Positions 57,612 to 57,802 of a DNA stretch of 57,802 nucleotides are shown in pieces (position 1 is the first letter of the stretch; each line of letters opens with the position of its first letter). Both the position numbers and the translations under genes were made by a program. The stretch is from Deltaproteobacteria bacterium (GTDB lineage: Bacteria; SAR324; NAC60-12). The stretch is from contig JAYOTF010000009.1 of assembly GCA_038150265.1 (NCBI GenBank), forward strand, positions 1 through 57,802, in the 5' to 3' direction. The notes beneath the pieces are model-generated. The model searched no databases. It saw nothing but the letters and a program-made list of their open reading frames with translations, and had not been told where the DNA came from.

Positions 57612-57802
57612 TTACGCGTCTCGAAGCTGTCGGACGAGGCGGATGTGGTCCGGAGTGGTGTGGGCCCCCAGGGCGATCCAGGCGACGCCCAGCGACAGGA
57701 GTCCCATCACCGCTTGCTGAAATGCATCGGAAGGCGCCGACACGTCCGGAAGCTCATCCAGTTCCACCCCCACCACGCCCACGGTTTCCACAAGCGTTGC
57801 GA
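57612..57802 (-). CDS. C-terminal fragment of a CDS, possibly homocysteine S-methyltransferase-like
   Basis: Manual translation ...PSDAFQQAVMGLLSLGVAWIALGAHTTPDHIRLVRQLRDA*; 5' part lies outside the window. Confidence 0.4.
   Translation of the reverse strand, partial: ATLVETVGVVGVELDELPDVSAPSDAFQQAVMGLLSLGVAWIALGAHTTPDHIRLVRQLRDA

Overview
GC-rich (roughly 62% by eye), densely coding bacterial chromosome segment. Gene content and style suggest a deltaproteobacterium-like, possibly SAR324-type, organism (inference only). It holds about 55 CDSs and one tRNA-Gly(GCC); no transposase, integrase, phage or CRISPR signal was seen. Housekeeping genes include tmk, ribH, thiN, ftsB-like, mpl, dut, trmFO, ccmCDE, gatB, argB, ruvB, pyrB, rlmN and pyk, plus LPS genes, copA and a heme-copper oxidase operon. 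Standout observations: (1) the palindrome TCCGGA is iterated at about 5 per kb in all reading frames, a HIP1-like genome signature; (2) the A-family oxidase subunit I naturally carries Met at the K-channel lysine position (K362 equivalent), lacks the other K-channel polar residues and gains intramembrane Glu residues, and a 43-aa His/Met-rich ORF absent from the ORF track precedes it; (3) a FecR / lipoprotein / Slam-like barrel triad whose lipoprotein has 12 D-N-x-[S/T] motifs; (4) several odd architectures, namely an expanded GlnD, a tandem CDP-alcohol phosphotransferase, a WGR protein with a clamp-binding-like motif, a lone dynamin-like GTPase and a NusG paralog heading a non-polysaccharide operon; (5) a candidate rod-shaped ncRNA at 50959-51112. 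All counts are by eye and all family calls are by motif recognition without database searches.
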